Of a stretch of DNA of 64,000 nucleotides, positions 45,510-55,465 are shown in pieces. Location of the stretch: positions 62,001-126,000 of IMG/VR virus record IMGVR_UViG_3300034072_000926; one strand, given 5' to 3'. The notes below the pieces were generated by a model. The model was not told the DNA's origin. It did no database searches and worked only from the letters and a program-made list of their open reading frames with translations. Positions within the stretch are counted from its first letter, which is position 1. Each line of letters begins with the position of its first letter. Both the position numbers and the translations under genes were made by a program.

Positions 45510-45860
45510 TTACTTGGCGTCAATCTTATTCGCTAGATCACGGTCAATATCACGAAGCTTGTTCATAATGCGATTGTTCGCCTTGATGAGACGGTTCATC
45601 TTATTTTCCATATCCTGCAGCTTCTTGCGAGCTTCTTTCAGCTGAGTTTCCAGCTGCTCGACATATTCAGCGCGAGGGAAACTATGGAGTTGTCCATCAA
45701 TCTCGACCGTCTTGGTGTGGGCATTCTGTGCCTTCAGACCACCGATGACACGACTAGCCATCTTCTCAGCAGACACAGGTTTTGTAGGGGAGGCCTTTAC
45801 GTCCTTACCGTGGTAAAGGTCCCCGCCATACATCGAAGAATAGAAATTATCGTCGCTCAT
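45510..45860 (-). CDS. coiled-coil hypothetical protein
   Basis: ORF track; heptad-rich C-terminus. Confidence 0.65.
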   Translation of the reverse strand: MSDDNFYSSMYGGDLYHGKDVKASPTKPVSAEKMASRVIGGLKAQNAHTKTVEIDGQLHSFPRAEYVEQLETQLKEARKKLQDMENKMNRLIKANNRIMNKLRDIDRDLANKIDAK

Positions 45861-45868
45861 ATGAATAC

Positions 45869-46570
45869 TTAGCGAAGATTCTTGATCCAGTCCTTCAATT
45901 CCTGAAGGATTTTGTTCGTATTCGCTGGAGGTCCAGGAGGACCCTGGTCTCCCTTATCGCCCTTAGGGCCCTGCGGACCAGTCATTCCAGTAGCACCTAC
46001 AGGTCCAGTAGGACCAACAAGACTTGATGTCAAAGTGGCACCGGTTGTAGATATTGATGTCGCGTGACCATGATAGGTAGAGGCTGGCGAGATAGTGTTA
46101 TTATATGTGTTGAAACCATATTTGCTCGACAGAGCAGAGGTCATAGATTCAATTGCTCGCTTCCTAGCAATCTCTTCAACCTTCTCAGAGTCGGTAATCT
46201 TAACTGCGGTTACAAGCTTAGAAACTGCACGATGCATCGCGGCTTGTGCTTCTTCGAAGTTCTTAAGAACGCCTTCGTAGAGAGGATTGAGCTGATCATC
46301 ACGAGCAATGTCAATCATGATGTCAAGGTTCTCGACCGGATCATATCCTCGTGGATAGAAGCTCTTCATCGCAGATAGCTTTTCGTTATGGTCTGCTTCT
46401 AGGATCTCGCGCTGTCTACGATATTCATCAGCCGCTTCTTGCTGCTCAATCGTTGGAATTTGGATGTTCTGCCATCCAGTTCCAGTATAGACGTGGGTAG
46501 TGTTATTGATCGACATCAAATCGCCTATTACGGCGCTCGTTGTCAAATTAGGTGTTGAGGTTAGACTCAT
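45869..46570 (-). CDS. protein with short collagen-like (G-X-Y) stretch
   Basis: [30 protein letters not shown]; start at ATGA overlap 46570. Confidence 0.65.
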   Translation of the reverse strand: MSLTSTPNLTTSAVIGDLMSINNTTHVYTGTGWQNIQIPTIEQQEAADEYRRQREILEADHNEKLSAMKSFYPRGYDPVENLDIMIDIARDDQLNPLYEGVLKNFEEAQAAMHRAVSKLVTAVKITDSEKVEEIARKRAIESMTSALSSKYGFNTYNNTISPASTYHGHATSISTTGATLTSSLVGPTGPVGATGMTGPQGPKGDKGDQGPPGPPANTNKILQELKDWIKNLR

Positions 46571-47301
46571 ACTCCTGCATCCTCCAAGATTGCTTTTATC
46601 TGTTCTACCTCTTCTTTGTTGTCTCGCAGCTTTCCGGTCCAAAATAATGGATTGATCCATTCCTTGACCATGCCTAACTGCTCATCAGACATACGTTCGA
46701 AGAGAGGTTGACCTACACCACAATACAGTAGCCAGGGACTGATACGTCCCTTTCGGATCCACTGTGTGGCAACTGGGGTAGGCACCTTGCGGAAGAAGTC
46801 TACCCAATTCTCATTATACTCTCGTCCCCACTGTTCCATGAGCAGGATGTTTCGCTCAACAGCCTTCATGGGCGACTCTTTCTTAGCCAGTTCTCGGATC
46901 CAAGATTCATACCAAACCTCGTTGACCCAGTCGTCTAACTTGATATTGCTCTTGATGAGCATTTCCACAAAGCCAGAAGCCTCGATGGCGCCAATGTGCT
47001 CAACATACCTACCAAACTTCGTGAAGGCAGTGAAATACTGGCTATCCATAAAATCCCGATAGGTTTTCTCTTTCTTCGAACGCAAGCTGAGAGTATAGAA
47101 CTTCTGGAAGGCCATAAAACCAATCCTGATATACTTCTCATCACGCCAAAGCCAACGACGCTTCTTCTCACATAGGTGATTGATAAGGCTCTTCTCACGA
47201 ACGAAGTCCTTATTGCAGAACTCGCACTTGTGAGTTGGTTCAATAACTGCTGGCGTCGCTTTGGCCTTAGATGGAGTTGCCTTCTTTGCCACGTTAGCCA
47301 T
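46567..47301 (-). CDS. C2H2-type zinc-finger conserved phage protein
   Basis: CEFCNKDF.RE.SL..H.CE; G.ISPW motif. Confidence 0.75.
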   Translation of the reverse strand: MANVAKKATPSKAKATPAVIEPTHKCEFCNKDFVREKSLINHLCEKKRRWLWRDEKYIRIGFMAFQKFYTLSLRSKKEKTYRDFMDSQYFTAFTKFGRYVEHIGAIEASGFVEMLIKSNIKLDDWVNEVWYESWIRELAKKESPMKAVERNILLMEQWGREYNENWVDFFRKVPTPVATQWIRKGRISPWLLYCGVGQPLFERMSDEQLGMVKEWINPLFWTGKLRDNKEEVEQIKAILEDAGV

Positions 47302-47854
47302 TGGTTTTCTTAAACTCTTCGACAAGAGGTTTGATTTCAACATCCGATAGGGCCATGCCCTTGAGCAAGTCCTTCAGAGTATCAACTGTGAACTTGCTCT
47401 TGAAGATCTTGAGCTCTTCATCACTCAACTGAGGATGAATCTGTAGGAAGACCTGATCTAGCTTCGAGACCGACTTCTTACGACCTGCCATCGCGATCCA
47501 GCCATGCTTATAGGGCTGGCCTGATCCAGCAGCACACATCAGTCGCCATAGTAGTTCAGGATGCTTAGAGATTTCCCAAAAGCCAACGTTCACAAACGAG
47601 TTGACCATGAGGATGTTCTCTGCCGCAGCATCAGATGTCACTGAGGCATAACCTGGCGGATCATAGGAGTTCGGGTTCTGGATCACACTCTGCCACTTCA
47701 TAGCAACGAGTGGAGAGAAGGTCTTTGCTAGTTCTTCAGGTTGCTGTTCGAGCCAGTCGAACACCTTATAATCCGCATAGAGCATCTCATCCTTAATGTC
47801 CAGGCTTGGCTTCTTCTCACCAGCTGGCTTCTTTGTTGTTTTCTTCGTAGCCAT
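47294..47854 (-). CDS. putative clamp-loader small subunit-like protein
   Basis: FSP...KW, N..VN..FW...KHPEL.W.L pattern; replication cluster context. Confidence 0.5.
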   Translation of the reverse strand: MATKKTTKKPAGEKKPSLDIKDEMLYADYKVFDWLEQQPEELAKTFSPLVAMKWQSVIQNPNSYDPPGYASVTSDAAAENILMVNSFVNVGFWEISKHPELLWRLMCAAGSGQPYKHGWIAMAGRKKSVSKLDQVFLQIHPQLSDEELKIFKSKFTVDTLKDLLKGMALSDVEIKPLVEEFKKTNG

Positions 47855-48132
47855 TATTGTCCTGACCAGGTTAGTTTGAACATCAACGCTTCTTCTTTGG
47901 TTTCGAAGCAGACAAGAGTTAATCCTGCCTTATGCTTACTTTCCCATTTATCCTCACCTGGTGAGACAACAATGAGGGGAAGTCGTTTCAACATGCCAAG
48001 TTCGCCTTCTTGGCTGACTATGAAACTTTTGCCCTTTACATTCTCCTTGAACCACGTCAGAAGTTCACCAGATACAATTGCCTCGTGATTATAGTCCCAC
48101 CATACCGTCCAGGCGTTTGGAATTTCACTCAT
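47854..48132 (-). CDS. small protein with FKLxW motif (EEALMFKLTWSGQ)
   Basis: Tandem paralog of 48129-48383 (VWWD, W..EN..G, FKLTW.GQ). Confidence 0.75.
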   Translation of the reverse strand: MSEIPNAWTVWWDYNHEAIVSGELLTWFKENVKGKSFIVSQEGELGMLKRLPLIVVSPGEDKWESKHKAGLTLVCFETKEEALMFKLTWSGQ

Positions 48133-48383
48133 TGTCCTACCCAGGTTAGCTTAAACATCATTGCATCTTTTGGGCACTCGAACATGCAAAGCATGATCTC
48201 CTTACCTATGTTATCTTCCTTTACAGTTGACAAACTATCAACTTGATACAAACTCAGACTACCACCGGACAGGAAATAGTAATGACCTTCCAGATTGTCC
48301 AAGCACCATTGATTAATTGGTTCATCAGTAGAGGAATGATCCCACCAAACGCAATAGGGTTGAGCAATTTTTCGCATACCCAA
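48129..48383 (-). CDS. small protein with FKLxW motif (KDAMMFKLTWVGQ)
   Basis: Tandem paralog; TTGACA promoter-like element near 48410. Confidence 0.75.
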   Translation of the reverse strand: MGMRKIAQPYCVWWDHSSTDEPINQWCLDNLEGHYYFLSGGSLSLYQVDSLSTVKEDNIGKEIMLCMFECPKDAMMFKLTWVGQ

Positions 48384-48413
48384 TCCTATTGCATCTTGGT
48401 GGTTTATGTCAAT

Positions 48414-48701
48414 TTATCGGACGCTCTTGCTGCCGATATAATCGAGGGCTGTGGCACGCCAATGATGTGTCCATCGCCTAACATCCTGTGGTCTAAAATC
48501 CCTGTTGACCAACTGGATATCTACCCTCCAGAAGTAGTCCCGAATCTGTCGATGCCATTCCCCGAGGCTTCCCGGTTCAAACTGCTTCTCGACAAAAACA
48601 CTTGCTACCTCTTTCATCATCATCTCGCTGATTTCAGCAACGAGTTCGGCGCGACTAGGTGGTTCTAGATCCACGCCAGGTAGAAGAATTAATTTTCCCA
48701 T
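48414..48701 (-). CDS. hypothetical protein
   Basis: TAATG coupled. Confidence 0.55.
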   Translation of the reverse strand: MGKLILLPGVDLEPPSRAELVAEISEMMMKEVASVFVEKQFEPGSLGEWHRQIRDYFWRVDIQLVNRDFRPQDVRRWTHHWRATALDYIGSKSVR

Positions 48702-49201
48702 TACACCAGATTAGTAATATCTAGAGCTTCTGGAATCTTGTTCGTATCCTTGACAAAGAAGCAACACTGAGGTGTTGGCGAATCATCAAGAGGCACGGAC
48801 AGAAGATGACCATACTTCAGCTTAGGGAAATACCACTTTACGTCAGGGAATACGTTCATGATCTCAATGTCATGGAAGTGTGGCATATATCCACTAATCG
48901 GGTTGATACTAAAGGCTTCAAAGGGACGGTCGTTGATCTGTTTCAGACTAATGATCTCCAGATCACCAGTATCCTTGTCACCAATTACAATGCTCCAATC
49001 CATTGGCATCTGGAGCCTATACTTTCCGAGTCGTAGATCAACTGCCGGGCTGTTGAAAGACTCGAGGAACAGCAATGGGATGAAAATATAGTCAATGTTC
49101 TGCTGGTCACTATAATCTAGGACGCAATAGCGGATATCATCAACTTCATCCGGAATGTTGTTCATTTCAAACGTGGTATTATCGGTTGTAAGGATTCTCA
49201 T
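48701..49201 (-). CDS. conserved hypothetical protein downstream of UvsW
   Basis: MRILT, FIPL.FLESFNSPA, WYFPKLK motifs; ATGA coupled. Confidence 0.75.
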   Translation of the reverse strand: MRILTTDNTTFEMNNIPDEVDDIRYCVLDYSDQQNIDYIFIPLLFLESFNSPAVDLRLGKYRLQMPMDWSIVIGDKDTGDLEIISLKQINDRPFEAFSINPISGYMPHFHDIEIMNVFPDVKWYFPKLKYGHLLSVPLDDSPTPQCCFFVKDTNKIPEALDITNLV

Positions 49202-50691
49202 GATAGTTCCTTGAGGTAGTCAATCTTCCTCACCGAGTGAGGATAGTTGGCTTCCTTGTAGATTTTCTTTCGTGCCGTGACGTGCTTGGCAGAGAACTTG
49301 CAGGTCGACGCAATGTCGTAGATCTGCACATAGTCCTTGTCCTTTGCTTTACGAATACCACGACCAATCGACTGAATAACTCGAACAAACGACTTACCAG
49401 GTTCGACCAGGATTAGATTGAAAATACGAGGGATATTGATACCGACGGCTGCAACGCCGTAGGATGCGATAACGATTTGGTTAGTGCCCTGTCCAATTTC
49501 CTCATAGGCTTCCTTACGATCAGAGGCCTTGGAGCCACCGAAGACGAAGGTTGCTTCTGGCATTCGCTCAGCGAGCTGGTTACCAGTTTCAATGCGGTTA
49601 ATTAGAACCAGAGTGTTACCCGTTAGAGCTGTCTTCTGTGTGAATTCACTAATCCAGTCCAAATGGTTAGGATCAGTAACTAGGAAGTTGTTCTCTTCGT
49701 GGAAGGAATCAAACTCCACAGTATCCATTAGCTGCATGATATCCACGTGACACTGAGCAAGAACGCCCATGTCCATGAGATCCTTTGCAGCGAGACGATT
49801 TACAACATCGCCTAGCGATGCTAAGATGGAAGTGAACTCGTGCTCTTCCTTAGGAACGGTTCCGGTCAATCCCCAACGGATCGGCACATTTGCGAACGGG
49901 CCGCAGAGCAGCGCCTTCAGCTTATCAGCCTTTGCCATATGGGTTTCGTCAACCATGACCGCGACAACGTCCTTAGTGAACGTGTCAAGATCCTGTTGGG
50001 TTGGCTTGAGCTTGTTCTTCTTGGAATTCTTATCCAAGATGTCTAGGCTCTGCCAGGTGCAAATCGTATGCGTCTTACCATAGTCTTTGCGGTCGCCATA
50101 ATAGACGCCCACATCCAGACCTAGGTTCTTATAGTCGGCTTCAGTCTGATCCACGAGGCTCTTGTTTGGAACGATAACGATCGTCCTACCATGTGCCTCA
50201 CATAGATGACTCAGGCTTGCAGTGAGGAGTGTCTTACCAGCACCAGTTGCAATTTCCTGAATACATTGTGGATTCTCAAGGAATGCTCTAATGATCTCAA
50301 CCTGATAGTCACGCAGCTTAATAGGCTGGCCTTCTACCGGATGACCCTTTGGCCATACTGGATTAGGAGCATTGTTGTAGATGTAATCTTCGTCAATAAA
50401 CGGAAACTCGAAAGTCCTTGGGACACGATGGTCTTCAAGTTCAATCTCATACCCATCAGCAATGACAATGTCCAAGACCTTGTCTAGAAGATTTACGTGA
50501 GTATTCCCGTTGATAGCAAAAAAGCTGACACACCCGTCCCACCTACCAAGCTTGAAAGCTGGCATGTGACGAGCGGCGTGGATAAAAAATTTCAGCTTGG
50601 CATTACAGGCACGCCGTGTAGCTGGATCCAAGCCTTCAAATGTTGCGTTCACCTCATCCTTGATGATGAGTTTGCACTTCTTGATTGTCAT
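49198..50691 (-). CDS. uvsW: UvsW-like SF2 DNA helicase
   Basis: LRDYQ, ATGAGKT, VDETH, GLTGT, GINIP, QSIGRG.R. Confidence 0.92.
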   Translation of the reverse strand: MTIKKCKLIIKDEVNATFEGLDPATRRACNAKLKFFIHAARHMPAFKLGRWDGCVSFFAINGNTHVNLLDKVLDIVIADGYEIELEDHRVPRTFEFPFIDEDYIYNNAPNPVWPKGHPVEGQPIKLRDYQVEIIRAFLENPQCIQEIATGAGKTLLTASLSHLCEAHGRTIVIVPNKSLVDQTEADYKNLGLDVGVYYGDRKDYGKTHTICTWQSLDILDKNSKKNKLKPTQQDLDTFTKDVVAVMVDETHMAKADKLKALLCGPFANVPIRWGLTGTVPKEEHEFTSILASLGDVVNRLAAKDLMDMGVLAQCHVDIMQLMDTVEFDSFHEENNFLVTDPNHLDWISEFTQKTALTGNTLVLINRIETGNQLAERMPEATFVFGGSKASDRKEAYEEIGQGTNQIVIASYGVAAVGINIPRIFNLILVEPGKSFVRVIQSIGRGIRKAKDKDYVQIYDIASTCKFSAKHVTARKKIYKEANYPHSVRKIDYLKELS

Positions 50692-50730
50692 GCGACCCCT
50701 TTTTTGTTCTATTATCGCGGGTCGTAGGAA

Positions 50731-50771
50731 AGCCCTACTGTATGCTCCAGTATATGGAGTCCAGTAGGGCT
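50731..50771. promoter_or_regulatory. long hairpin between late promoter (50808-50813) and uvsW
   Basis: AGCCCTACTG...CAGTAGGGCT enclosing CTCCA...TGGAG. Confidence 0.45.
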
Positions 50772-50831
50772 CTGTCTATAATCTGGAGAAACGGTTCACC
50801 GCTCTCCTATTTACCGCCAAAATCGGCGGAT

Positions 50832-52352
50832 TCACGTAAGTTGTTGAAATAATTCTTGTTCAAAGGTGGACTTGATGACCGTCAAGACTAACCTGGTTCC
50901 AGAAGCAGTTGCAGCCTCAGATATTGCCTGATATTCTTCTTTGTCGAATGGCAATTCAGGCATGAACAGATATGCTGCCTTATTGAGCAAATCGGGATAG
51001 GTTATGAGATCTTCCATCGTGACAATGAGGTTGGAAACAGGTTTAACATCATAAACCCTCTTCCAAATCACTCCAGGCATTACAAGACCCGTGAACCCCA
51101 TAACATCCATTTCAGGTTCATCACCGATGGTCCGAATTGCTGTTCCGAACTGAAGGCGCAATGCACGGACGAGATCAGGGTTTTCAGCAAGGAATAAAGA
51201 GCGAGTTAGTCTATTCGCGATGCTACCATGAACGCCTTTGAGGTGCTGTCCTTTTAGGGTTGCCCACTGTGGCGTTCTAAGGGCCCCTATAAGCCCCGCA
51301 GAAGCTCTGTCACCGCCTATAGCGCTCTGCACTATCTCAGGTAGCTTTCGTCCCTCTGACTGCTCTAGGTCCCGTTCACGGGTGTGTAAACGGATAAGTC
51401 CAGAGCTTTTATTCTGCTTCGCCAATAATGTAGGTAAACTGGTCTCATAGAAGGTCAGTGGACCGGTAGTCGTTGCATCATTCAACAAGTCACTAGACAC
51501 GCCAACGATATTGAGAAGCTTGATATAGTCCAAATTGACATAGCTTCTCTTTGCCAAATATTCTTCGGCAGCTTTCGTCTCAATGCTATTTAGAATAGTT
51601 GAGATAGTGGTAGAAGGCCAGAGCATTTTATTGATGATCTCGGACAGGAATTGACTTGCTTGACTCCCCGGCAAAAGGAGCGAAGACATAATGTCTCGAC
51701 CAGACGATAGTGGCAGATGGTTGATGTTCTGAAGGAATAGCGGGCAAGGGACTTCGTTGAATAGAGCAGCAACCTGCGTTGACCACTTATAGGGAAGCGC
51801 CCCCGGTCCTTCTAGCTCTTCCACAAATGTCCTATCGACGGTGACATTGGCAAAGAAGTCGTTCCAGATCAATCCACTGTAATTGGTAATGAAGACATCG
51901 GCCGTGAAATCAGCATCTTCAGTGAACTGAATGCCATCTGGATACTTGACCGCCGACGAATGATAGCGAGGATTGCCGAAGATAGAAATCTTCGCATCCG
52001 GCATCACTGCGCGAAAGAGATCAACCCAATCCGTATAGCTCTTAGTCTGAGCCAGTACCAAGACTTTCGAAGATGGCTTCAGCCATAGATCTGCCATCGC
52101 GACATGTCGGGCTTCTTCAGATTTGGAACAGAGAACCATTGCCCTACCGTTCCAATCACGAATATGCTGGATTGTCGAAACTGCATTGTTGGGAAGATCG
52201 AATGGGAAGTCAAAGAGATCTTCCTTTGAAACGATATCCTGCATGGCTAGGTCGACTAGCTTCTCATCAAAACTGATCTTGTTCAGAGTCGAGTAATTGA
52301 TCAAGCGACGAGCCATACCAGGCGTCGCATTCAGAGTTTTTACGTCAAACAT
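50832..52352 (-). CDS. degenerate SNF2-like helicase-fold protein
   Basis: KVLVLA.......W...F, VFITNY.GL; VEEL in place of DEAH; no Walker A. Confidence 0.5.
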   Translation of the reverse strand: MFDVKTLNATPGMARRLINYSTLNKISFDEKLVDLAMQDIVSKEDLFDFPFDLPNNAVSTIQHIRDWNGRAMVLCSKSEEARHVAMADLWLKPSSKVLVLAQTKSYTDWVDLFRAVMPDAKISIFGNPRYHSSAVKYPDGIQFTEDADFTADVFITNYSGLIWNDFFANVTVDRTFVEELEGPGALPYKWSTQVAALFNEVPCPLFLQNINHLPLSSGRDIMSSLLLPGSQASQFLSEIINKMLWPSTTISTILNSIETKAAEEYLAKRSYVNLDYIKLLNIVGVSSDLLNDATTTGPLTFYETSLPTLLAKQNKSSGLIRLHTRERDLEQSEGRKLPEIVQSAIGGDRASAGLIGALRTPQWATLKGQHLKGVHGSIANRLTRSLFLAENPDLVRALRLQFGTAIRTIGDEPEMDVMGFTGLVMPGVIWKRVYDVKPVSNLIVTMEDLITYPDLLNKAAYLFMPELPFDKEEYQAISEAATASGTRLVLTVIKSTFEQELFQQLT

Positions 52353-53014
52353 CAGCTATCCAAAACCTTTATGCAATTGAGCCAATTGTCCAACATATCA
52401 TCGTCCTTTACCGTGACCTTGATCTTATCATCGACCACAGTTGCTTCACTGTCCTGCCCTTCGGCATTGGACACTTCCATGAAATACTGAGTGACCGTAT
52501 CATCAAATGCAAACTTGTGTCGCTTGATAAGATTCATCACAGTCTTCCAGTTGCCCGAATTGACATCAACAATCCATAGCTTGTGGTCACGATCAAACAT
52601 AGGATAGCGTTCGACGAAATGATTAGTCGAACCACACTTCTTCAGATCGCTTACGATGTTCTGACTGTATTTGCAGCGAAAGACCAGCTTGTTATTCCCG
52701 GCCCATCGAACCTCTCTCGCGAGGGGTTCGGATTGGTAAGGAGGCCTACGATATTTCGGAGCAGCAATGAGGATATCAATATCATTCTCGACCAAACCAA
52801 CTGCAATGAGGTGTGGCTTATAGCGAGCGATCAGACGCATCACTACATCACCTTGAGACGTCGAGATCGCGCTGTTGTCGAAGACTCGGCGAACAACATC
52901 ATTGATGAATTGGAGGTCCCAAGTGTCCTTGATCTGATATGTGATCGTGCCTATTGTTCGCGGCTTATCACAAATCTTTTTTAACTTCTCAAGACCGTCC
53001 TCGACTGTAAGCAT
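52352..53014 (-). CDS. HARP-like domain protein
   Basis: F.CKYSQNIV..LK...FDRDHKLWIV. Confidence 0.55.
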   Translation of the reverse strand: MLTVEDGLEKLKKICDKPRTIGTITYQIKDTWDLQFINDVVRRVFDNSAISTSQGDVVMRLIARYKPHLIAVGLVENDIDILIAAPKYRRPPYQSEPLAREVRWAGNNKLVFRCKYSQNIVSDLKKCGSTNHFVERYPMFDRDHKLWIVDVNSGNWKTVMNLIKRHKFAFDDTVTQYFMEVSNAEGQDSEATVVDDKIKVTVKDDDMLDNWLNCIKVLDS

Positions 53015-53378
53015 TGTCCGCCTTTACCAAATCCGTAACCGATATACGGACTAGCATAGCATCATCGGCAGATGCAAAATTCATATAGAGTCGATTTCGA
53101 TAATCTGTTGGACTGAATGACTCTTCCTCTGGTTCTCCGAGCGCATCCTCACCTAGAAACCATACCCAGTGTTCCTTAACGAGCGGACCGATCAAAGACA
53201 ACTTACGATGCAGGATTTTCCTGAAGGTCCCAGTGTCAAACATTAACACTGAGCCAAGATCTGTCTTGTAGGTATATGGGAATGAGAAATGTGAGAGCGA
53301 CCGAACCCGTTGTGCAGAGTAAGGCATATTCGAGCAGATTTCGCTCGTTAATCCAGTCGGTCCAGAACAGTAATCCAT
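52989..53378 (-). CDS. hypothetical protein with FKLxW-like tail (FASADDAMLVRISV)
   Basis: ORF track; TTGACA near 53410. Confidence 0.55.
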   Translation of the reverse strand: MDYCSGPTGLTSEICSNMPYSAQRVRSLSHFSFPYTYKTDLGSVLMFDTGTFRKILHRKLSLIGPLVKEHWVWFLGEDALGEPEEESFSPTDYRNRLYMNFASADDAMLVRISVTDLVKADNAYSRGRS

Positions 53379-53417
53379 CCCAATAGGATATAGGGAAAGG
53401 AAGAAATGTCAAGAGAA

Positions 53418-53445
53418 AACCGAGAGGATCGAAACCCTCTCGGTT
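53418..53445 (-). terminator. intrinsic terminator after uvsY
   Basis: AACCGAGAGG-ATCGAAAC-CCTCTCGGTT plus U-run on the minus strand. Confidence 0.65.
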
Positions 53446-53453
53446 AAGCGAAG

Positions 53454-53942
53454 TTAACGACTGTTGTGGTTGTTGCCAACCTCGTAATCTTCAAAGCCAG
53501 CAGCCTTAAGGCGAGTTAGGTTGCTGATCTGCCAGTTCTTAGCATCCAGCCCCTTCATAATCGCTAGATACTGGTTGCGAACCAGTGCAATCTGATTGAC
53601 TAGGAGAGCAATCTCAATGACCTTGTCATCGGCGTCGGCATACTTCTCAGCATCTCGGCTGCTCAGTGACCTCGCATAATGCTCCAAATACTTCTTGAAC
53701 GCTGCGCCCTTGACCTGATTCATACGAATCTCAAGATAGCGTAGGATGGCTTCAACTTCTTGAAGTTGACCAAAGCGTTCAGCTGTGATACCAGGGAGCC
53801 GGCTGCTGGCCTTCTCGATGCTACCCTTCAATTGGGTCTCATACTTTGCTGCCTCTAGTTCTCCCTCATAGTAGATGATTGCATCAATCAACGGTGAGAA
53901 ATCATTAGGATCGGCAGTTACCTTGCTATACCACTTGCTCAT
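53454..53942 (-). CDS. uvsY: recombination mediator UvsY-like protein
   Basis: YLEHY.R.LSSRDAEKY.D, K.WQI.N..RL..AG; next to uvsX. Confidence 0.8.
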   Translation of the reverse strand: MSKWYSKVTADPNDFSPLIDAIIYYEGELEAAKYETQLKGSIEKASSRLPGITAERFGQLQEVEAILRYLEIRMNQVKGAAFKKYLEHYARSLSSRDAEKYADADDKVIEIALLVNQIALVRNQYLAIMKGLDAKNWQISNLTRLKAAGFEDYEVGNNHNSR

Positions 53943-53999
53943 TTGTTTTCCTTATAATGGCTTCACCTAATATAAAGAATAGGTGAAGCCATTTCAATA

Positions 54000-54236
54000 T
54001 CAATCCTGATCGCCATATGGATCGTAGTCATCATCGTTGGACTCTTCATCCAACATCATCGTCAAAGCTTCATCGAGGTAATCACATTCGCCCTCAAGGT
54101 CTGCCTTTTCAATGTCGATGCCATATTCTTCAAATAGCCTCAGGATCTGTAGGGCTGCATCCTGGCGCTTACCAGTTGCAATCAAGTCCCTTATATAATC
54201 CCAAAGCTCAACAATCAGTTTACTTTCGCTATTCAT
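54000..54236 (-). CDS. small acidic conserved protein
   Basis: ORF between uvsX and uvsY. Confidence 0.65.
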   Translation of the reverse strand: MNSESKLIVELWDYIRDLIATGKRQDAALQILRLFEEYGIDIEKADLEGECDYLDEALTMMLDEESNDDDYDPYGDQD

Positions 54237-54238
54237 TC

Positions 54239-55342
54239 TTAATCTTCGCTCTCGGCGTCCTCTGCGGCCAGTCGGGCAAGCTCTTCCGCCTTGGCGGCCG
54301 CTTCTGCTGCTTCGCGACGCTCGAAGTGAGTTGGGAACTCGAGCATCACCATATCTAGCAGATCATTGGAGATTTGCTTGCGGAAATACTTATGCTCAGT
54401 GCCGTCTAGAGCGGTGTACTTCAGCTTGTTACCGTCCTTGACGAACAAGGCCTTGGCTTCAAACATTTCGAGAAGTCCACTGTAGGGATTCATACCAGAG
54501 TCCCAAGGAATCTTGACCTCAACCGATTCAAACGGCTTGTTGTAGCGAGTCTTCATGACCTTGATCGCGCTACGGATACCGCGAACTTCGCTGACCTTGT
54601 TACCGTCTTCGTCTTCCTTTAACTTCAGCTTACGCATCGCGCAAACAATCGAGGAAGCGTAGATGAAGCCCTGGCCACCAGTGATCTTGTCATCTGGATT
54701 GAACATGTCCTGGCTCGCATAGGAGTGGTTAGTTGCCACGAGACCAATGTCCCATTCACCGAACATATTGACGCAGTTACGAACCAGTGCGTTAAGAGCC
54801 TTAGGCTTACGACCCATGTCACCCTTCAGGTCACCAGCTTCGAACTGATTAACGTCAGTCGGAGTCAGGAGCATACCCAGGGAGTCAACGATGAAGAGAA
54901 CCTTCGGACGGTCTTCACGAGGAACACTCGAGTAGGTCGACTTGAAATTCTTCATGAAATCGCTGATGATCTTTGCAACGTCGTCAATCATTGCGGCGTT
55001 GATTTTCAGCAGCTTATCTTCGCTAACGTCCACGTCTAGCGCGGTTAGCCAGTCCGAGTCAAGTGCGTTCTCAGAGTCGATGAGAACTACGAAGTAGCCT
55101 GCATCCTGAGCGTTCTTGACCAAGTTACCAGAAGCGATGTAGGACTTACCCGAACCCGATTCGCCGGCGAACATTGTCACCTTGCCAAGTGGAATGCCCT
55201 TAGTGAAGTCGCCACTGATTGCATAGTTGAGGGCATAATTGCCCGTAGAGACCCAATACTTTGGGTCATTAAAGCCGACGGAAATTCCGTCGAGGCCCTT
55301 AGTGATGTCTTTCCTAAACTTGGATAGATCAACTGGCTTCAT
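54239..55342 (-). CDS. uvsX: RecA-like recombinase UvsX
   Basis: STGNYALN, GESGSGKS, IDSENA, VDSLG, GDMGR, KTRY.KPF. Confidence 0.93.
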   Translation of the reverse strand: MKPVDLSKFRKDITKGLDGISVGFNDPKYWVSTGNYALNYAISGDFTKGIPLGKVTMFAGESGSGKSYIASGNLVKNAQDAGYFVVLIDSENALDSDWLTALDVDVSEDKLLKINAAMIDDVAKIISDFMKNFKSTYSSVPREDRPKVLFIVDSLGMLLTPTDVNQFEAGDLKGDMGRKPKALNALVRNCVNMFGEWDIGLVATNHSYASQDMFNPDDKITGGQGFIYASSIVCAMRKLKLKEDEDGNKVSEVRGIRSAIKVMKTRYNKPFESVEVKIPWDSGMNPYSGLLEMFEAKALFVKDGNKLKYTALDGTEHKYFRKQISNDLLDMVMLEFPTHFERREAAEAAAKAEELARLAAEDAESED

Positions 55343-55465
55343 AGCTTTTGTTCTCTTTCTTGTCTGGAGCCAAAGTGTCATTGCCGTCTATTTCACCGGC
55401 ATCCTCCGAACCACGCGGCATGACACGCCCGCTTCAATGTGGTCACCAGGACGATCTAGTTGCTT

